Below, in pieces: positions 37,068 to 41,385 of a stretch of DNA of 41,385 nucleotides. The notes under the pieces are model-generated. The model did not search any database, had not been told where the DNA came from, and saw only the letters and a list, made by a program, of their open reading frames with translations. The stretch lies in the NCBI GenBank assembly GCA_017644105.1, contig JAEPMD010000028.1, forward strand, positions 1 through 41,385, in the 5' to 3' direction. Position 1 is the stretch's first letter. Every line of letters begins with the position of its first letter. The stretch is from Rhizobiaceae bacterium (GTDB taxonomy: Bacteria; Pseudomonadota; Alphaproteobacteria; Rhizobiales; Rhizobiaceae). The position numbers were made by a program, and so were the translations under genes.

Positions 37068-38492
37068 ATGTTAGCTTGGCCAATTTTCAGCCTTTTCATC
37101 ATCGCGGCGGGTTTTGTTATTCGAAAAAATCTTGATTTCCCCGATAACAAAAACCTTGATGGCATGGTCAATATGGCTGGCTGGGGCGTTAAAGTGGCTG
37201 GTTTACTGTTATTTTTGGTCACTGCATTTAATGGCATGTTTTTCTACGCGGAACCCGGATTTAAATATCATGTCCGTACGATCACGGGTGAAGAAAAAAT
37301 GGTCGCAGATACCGGCTACAATCTTTATCTGTTTGGGCGCTATAATGCCTGGAAAAATGCGATGTCGGTGCAAGCCGTCTCAAGCGGCGATGGCCGCATA
37401 ACCGCCGAGGCCGATGCCGCAACCACAAGCGCAAATTTAGGTCCGAAATCGCTGGTGTTTCTCGACCAGGTTGACGCTGATGTATCTGCCACAGCACGAT
37501 TTGAACTCCCATCCGATGAAGAGGGGTTTTTAAAAATGGCACGGCTTTATCGGTCACCTGAAAATCTTCTTCGTACAGAACTTGTTCCCGCATTCGAAGA
37601 AACATTGGGTGCAAATGCAGCGCTGATGTCTGCGGAAGATTATTTCCAAGGCGGGAAAACAGAATTTAACAATGAATTCGAACGGCAACTGTCCGACGGT
37701 ATTTATCTCGTGCGCCGCCTTGAAAAACGCATCAAGGTCGAAGCCAATCGCACTGGAACAGCGAATGCAGCCTTGGGTGAAGATCAAACCCAATTTGGTG
37801 ATGAGTTTAAAACTATCTTCATCGTTGAAAAACGTCTTGATGACACAGGACAACCGCTGAGAAAGAAACAATCTTTTGAAAAATTTGGCATTAGCGTCAC
37901 CTCTGCACGTGTCACAGATGTAAAACCCAATGTAAAATTCCAGGAACGCATGGGTCTTCGTCAGCAAGCCGCCGCTGATCGCGCCATTGCCCGCGAGCAA
38001 CGCGTTCAAGAAGAAGAACAGCGTCTCTTAGCCATTACGCGTGGTGACAGAGAAGTTGCCGAACGTCAGGCGGCAGCGAAAGTTGAACAAATTCAAAAAA
38101 CAACGGAAGCGGAAACGGAAAAACAATTGGCGATCACCGCCGCCGAACGTGAGCGGGAATCAGCACGCATTCGCCAGGAACGCGCGCAAATTTTGCTTGA
38201 AACGGCGCGCATTGATGCTGAAGCAAGACAAGTCGCAGCTGATGCCGCAGCCTATGAAAAAACGGCTATTTTGGAGGCTGATAATGCGCTGGCGCAAAAA
38301 CTCGAAGCCTATGTCCAAGTGCAAAAAGTCTGGGCCGATGCGTTTGCTAAAAGAAATGTGCCCACCACCATTTTTGGTGCATCCGAAGGGGGCGCAGGCA
38401 CAGATGGCGACATCTCGCGGTTCGTTGATTTGTTGACCATGCAAGCAGCTAAAGGCTTAGCGGTTGACCCCTCAATAGAACGAACACAATAA
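37068..38492 (+). CDS. SPFH/band-7 flotillin-like membrane protein (YqiK-like) with Ala/Glu/Arg-rich coiled-coil tail
   Basis: Two N-terminal hydrophobic segments, a central globular region, then a ~150-aa EA/ER-rich heptad region (AERQAAAKVEQIQ...AERERESARIRQERAQ...) like flotillin C-termini. Confidence 0.45.
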   Translation: MLAWPIFSLFIIAAGFVIRKNLDFPDNKNLDGMVNMAGWGVKVAGLLLFLVTAFNGMFFYAEPGFKYHVRTITGEEKMVADTGYNLYLFGRYNAWKNAMSVQAVSSGDGRITAEADAATTSANLGPKSLVFLDQVDADVSATARFELPSDEEGFLKMARLYRSPENLLRTELVPAFEETLGANAALMSAEDYFQGGKTEFNNEFERQLSDGIYLVRRLEKRIKVEANRTGTANAALGEDQTQFGDEFKTIFIVEKRLDDTGQPLRKKQSFEKFGISVTSARVTDVKPNVKFQERMGLRQQAAADRAIAREQRVQEEEQRLLAITRGDREVAERQAAAKVEQIQKTTEAETEKQLAITAAERERESARIRQERAQILLETARIDAEARQVAADAAAYEKTAILEADNALAQKLEAYVQVQKVWADAFAKRNVPTTIFGASEGGAGTDGDISRFVDLLTMQAAKGLAVDPSIERTQ

Positions 38493-38562
38493 GCGGGCTC
38501 AATACCTCTTTTCATCCATAATTCTGATTTAGGATGGTCTTTTAAACATTCGGTGGGCTGAT

Positions 38563-39309
38563 ATGTTGCGCGTTCTATGCCACTTTTTGGTGATTATGTT
38601 TTTGACCATCCTAACGCAGATCGGTGGGATCGCATGGGGGATCGCGCTATTTTTCAGGTCGAGAATTCTTGCCTTTATCCTCACATATACAGCGCTTTCA
38701 ATCGCAACCATATGGGTTGCACCCAATTTTGGTCGCGTGGCACTGAACTGTTTTGATGACGGGTCGCTGCAAGTACAAAGCGTTATCTACTGCGCGTTAA
38801 ACCGCAATTATGTCTCCCCTCAACTTGCTCAGGTTTTAATCGAAACTGCGGATGCGGTGGATAAAGGTTTTCCCGGAGCTAAAACGCTTGTTTTGGACGC
38901 AAATTTTCCGTTTTTTGATGGATTTCCTTTGCTCCCACATCTGTCGCATGATGATGGAGATAAAGCTGATCTTGCGTTTTACTATAAAGATGAAAACGAT
39001 TATTTGCCTGGTGTCGTACGGTCTCCGATCGGCTATTTTGCATTTGAACAGGGACCGACAAACTGCGTTCCAAAATGGCCGACATTGAGATGGGATTTTA
39101 AATTTCTGCAACCATTCTGGCGAAGTTATGCGATAGAACCAGAACGCAACAAAGCCGTGTTGCAAATCCTGTCTGATGATGCACGCGTGGGGAAAATATT
39201 TGTTGAACCGCATCTCGTTAATGCGCTTGATGTGGCGCATCCAAAAATCCGCTTTCAGGGCTGCCGCGCTGCCCGACATGACGATCATATTCACATGCAA
39301 TTGAAATGA
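38563..39309 (+). CDS. LAS-family metallopeptidase resembling penicillin-insensitive murein endopeptidase MepA (M74), membrane-anchored
   Basis: HLSHDDGDKADL (compare MepA H.SHQ.G.DADI) and C-terminal HDDHIHM (compare MepA HDDHFHV). Has N-terminal TM helices instead of a cleavable signal. Confidence 0.5.
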   Translation: MLRVLCHFLVIMFLTILTQIGGIAWGIALFFRSRILAFILTYTALSIATIWVAPNFGRVALNCFDDGSLQVQSVIYCALNRNYVSPQLAQVLIETADAVDKGFPGAKTLVLDANFPFFDGFPLLPHLSHDDGDKADLAFYYKDENDYLPGVVRSPIGYFAFEQGPTNCVPKWPTLRWDFKFLQPFWRSYAIEPERNKAVLQILSDDARVGKIFVEPHLVNALDVAHPKIRFQGCRAARHDDHIHMQLK

Positions 39310-39312
39310 GAG

Positions 39313-39330
39313 CATCCGTTACCGGATTTT
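39313..39330 (+). terminator. weak hairpin ATCCG-ttac-CGGAT + TTTTG after mepA-like gene
   Basis: 5-bp stem only. Confidence 0.3.
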
Positions 39331-39399
39331 GACTGGGATCATCAAATCAGGAAATGACAGAAACGGGTGCAAATTCGAGAAAATTGCCAAAATGCGAAT

Positions 39400-40326
39400 T
39401 CACACATTTCTCATACCTGTTTGTTTCGAGACTATTTCAACGACCAAGTCTCGAAACCACATGTGAAGCGCAGATTGTTTAACAACGCGACCCCAGATTA
39501 GCTTCAACGTAAATGCCGGGACATCAAAGGGAAGCTTGTGAATATCAATAGAGTTCTTCATTTGCATTTTTTTGGCAAGAGAATTTGGTACTACTGCTAT
39601 CAATTCACTTTCAGTAATCAACTCAGGTAAAGTCATAAAATTTGAAACGGTTACCGATGCCTCTCGTTTTTGCATCGTCTTTTCAAGCGCATCATCAATC
39701 CGTCTATATGTGTCGCCTGAGTGAGATACGGAAACATATTTACATTTTACGTATCGTTTCGTGGACATTCCCTGTCTTAGTATTGGATGACCTTTTCGGC
39801 AAATGCATACAGGAAAATCGCTCATCAGTTCTACATATTGCATGGATGGGCTTGGTTCTGGAAAGGCGGCGATCGCGAAATCCACCTGTCCTTTTTCAAG
39901 AGATGGTCCATATCGATCTGGTGGGACAGGACGCGTGATAATACGTATATTTGGCGCACTTTGACGAAGCTCATTTAAAATTGGCGACAGAAAAACCAAC
40001 TCGACGTAGTCGTTGACTAAGATACTGATATCTGCGGAAATAGTTTTAGGATCAAACTCCCGGCCAATATTGACGGCACTTTGGGCCTCGCTAAGAGCAA
40101 TCTGGATATGGTTTGCTACTTTTTCTGCCAGTGGCGTCGGAACCATGCCGCCGGATGTTCGTACAAATAATTCATCATTAAAAAGTGCACGAAGGCGCGA
40201 TAGAGCGTTGCTCATAGAAGGTTGCGCTAGACCAATGCGATCGGCAGCTTTTGTCACATTGCGTTCTAAAAATAGCGCGTTAAAGGCCACCAACAGATTA
40301 AGGTCAATTGCAGTAATATTCTTCAT
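39400..40326 (-). CDS. LysR-family transcriptional regulator
   Basis: HTH IDLNLLVAFNALFLERNVTKAADRIGLAQPSMSNALSRLR. 308 aa. Divergent from the small membrane protein gene. Confidence 0.85.
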   Translation of the reverse strand: MKNITAIDLNLLVAFNALFLERNVTKAADRIGLAQPSMSNALSRLRALFNDELFVRTSGGMVPTPLAEKVANHIQIALSEAQSAVNIGREFDPKTISADISILVNDYVELVFLSPILNELRQSAPNIRIITRPVPPDRYGPSLEKGQVDFAIAAFPEPSPSMQYVELMSDFPVCICRKGHPILRQGMSTKRYVKCKYVSVSHSGDTYRRIDDALEKTMQKREASVTVSNFMTLPELITESELIAVVPNSLAKKMQMKNSIDIHKLPFDVPAFTLKLIWGRVVKQSALHMWFRDLVVEIVSKQTGMRNV

Positions 40327-40416
40327 ATCAATGTTAAGTATAGTAAATATCTATTTCACAAATATCGTAACATCAACTAGTTCATTGTCAAATGATGAAG
40401 CAAATGGAGACATGCA

Positions 40417-40821
40417 ATGGCTGATGAACGATCATATCCGATGTGGATATATTACTACCTTTGGTTCGTGACATGTGTATCGACTTTGCTCGCAATCATC
40501 ATTTACATTGATCCTTCAGCTATTTGGAGCCATTGGGAAGCATCAACAGCAGTTGGTGCTTTCAGCCTTAGCGGTCCGGCGGGCCTGTTTTGTGCTCGTA
40601 ACCTGGGTACCGCCGTTATGGGTGCGTATGTGCTCATCAATAAATCGAAACCCATGATGGAAGCTTTCCTTTTATTCAGAATTGTTGTGGACCTACTTGA
40701 CGGCATCCATGCAGCCATTGGCGGAAACACACCGATCATCTTTATCGGTTTTTCAACTGCCGCCATCGAACTGTTCACGTTTGTCAGATTGCGCAGATAC
40801 GCAAGACATAGATCTACTTAA
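40417..40821 (+). CDS. small 4-TM membrane protein (DUF4345/DoxX-like)
   Basis: 134 aa with four hydrophobic helices. Divergently paired with the LysR regulator. Confidence 0.4.
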   Translation: MADERSYPMWIYYYLWFVTCVSTLLAIIIYIDPSAIWSHWEASTAVGAFSLSGPAGLFCARNLGTAVMGAYVLINKSKPMMEAFLLFRIVVDLLDGIHAAIGGNTPIIFIGFSTAAIELFTFVRLRRYARHRST

Positions 40822-41385
40822 TAATTGTTTTGGGGTGAAATCGGACGAATACAGCTTGGGTATAAAATCCGGTTCGAATCAAACATCGGATGGCTTAGTG
40901 ATCCCAACGAACACCCAACAAGAATAATCACTGTAATAATGTGCAGCTACAGTTTGAAACTAAGTGCTATCAGGTAAGATGATCTGGGAATATGGGGCCG
41001 ATTTATGAGAATTCATGGCGGAGAGGAAGGGATTCGCCGCCAAGTTGGCTGTAACTTATTGATTCGTGGTCGCCAAAACTCGGTCGGGTACGATATTGGG
41101 TACATTAGCAAAAATATAGAGCTCAACTGTTGGAGTCAATTATATATACGTGCATATTGCTAATTTCATTGAGAATCAGCAAGTACAGCATCCAAGAGGC
41201 TAAATTATTAAAGGCAGATTGTGAATCTTGCTCAGCCATTTATTCCTGGCAGATGAAAGAACAAGTTTCAAACATTGCCCATTTTAGTGGTCGGTATAAA
41301 TTGCTATGGAGAAGTGGTTCGGTTTTTCTGAACAGTTTTGATCTGTTTTATAAGTGCGTTCTGACCCTTATTAAGCTGCCACCGG

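Noticed and set aside
40855-40875. GGTTCGAATC string resembling a tRNA T-loop or an att-site remnant
   Set aside because: The flanking bases do not form a T-stem (tccgg / caaac) and no acceptor or anticodon arms can be drawn. This is a chance match, not a tRNA or a convincing direct repeat.

Overview
This 41.4 kb window looks like a chromosomal accessory region from a proteobacterium, probably a marine alphaproteobacterium. That guess rests on moderate GC and the sqdB-sqdD-sqdC gene order, and is inference only. It is densely coding on both strands, with no rRNA, tRNA or CRISPR. From left to right the window contains: (1) a decayed island edge: a LysE/RhtB-family exporter fragment and a P4-type integrase N-terminal remnant; (2) a DUF3750 gene and the conserved imelysin / di-haem DUF1111 / imelysin / DUF1513 operon, preceded by a Cys-rich unknown gene; (3) a carbohydrate ABC uptake operon: HTH-less LacI remnant, solute-binding protein, two atypically extended permeases, a GH63-like hydrolase, and an ATPase; (4) a tricarboxylate module: PrpF-family isomerase, fused TctA-TctB-like permease, TctC, and a divergent TctD/TctE-like two-component system; (5) a TcuA-like flavoprotein, a 2-hydroxyacid dehydrogenase, a small unknown ORF and a divergent LysR; (6) SDR, LLM monooxygenase and DUF1330 genes, and a LysR pseudogene with an in-frame TAA; (7) a PhoX-type phosphatase beside a sulfolipid sqdB-sqdD-sqdC operon (phosphate-sparing module); (8) the most unusual element: an 880-aa single-chain fusion of an Amt/MEP ammonium transporter domain to a HAMP + methyl-accepting chemotaxis (MCP) signalling domain, a candidate ammonium transceptor chemoreceptor; (9) a divergent flotillin/SPFH-like protein, a MepA-like endopeptidase, a LysR regulator, and a small membrane protein; (10) a roughly 560-bp ORF-poor tail. 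All family assignments are from reading the translated ORFs against remembered family signatures, not from a database search.
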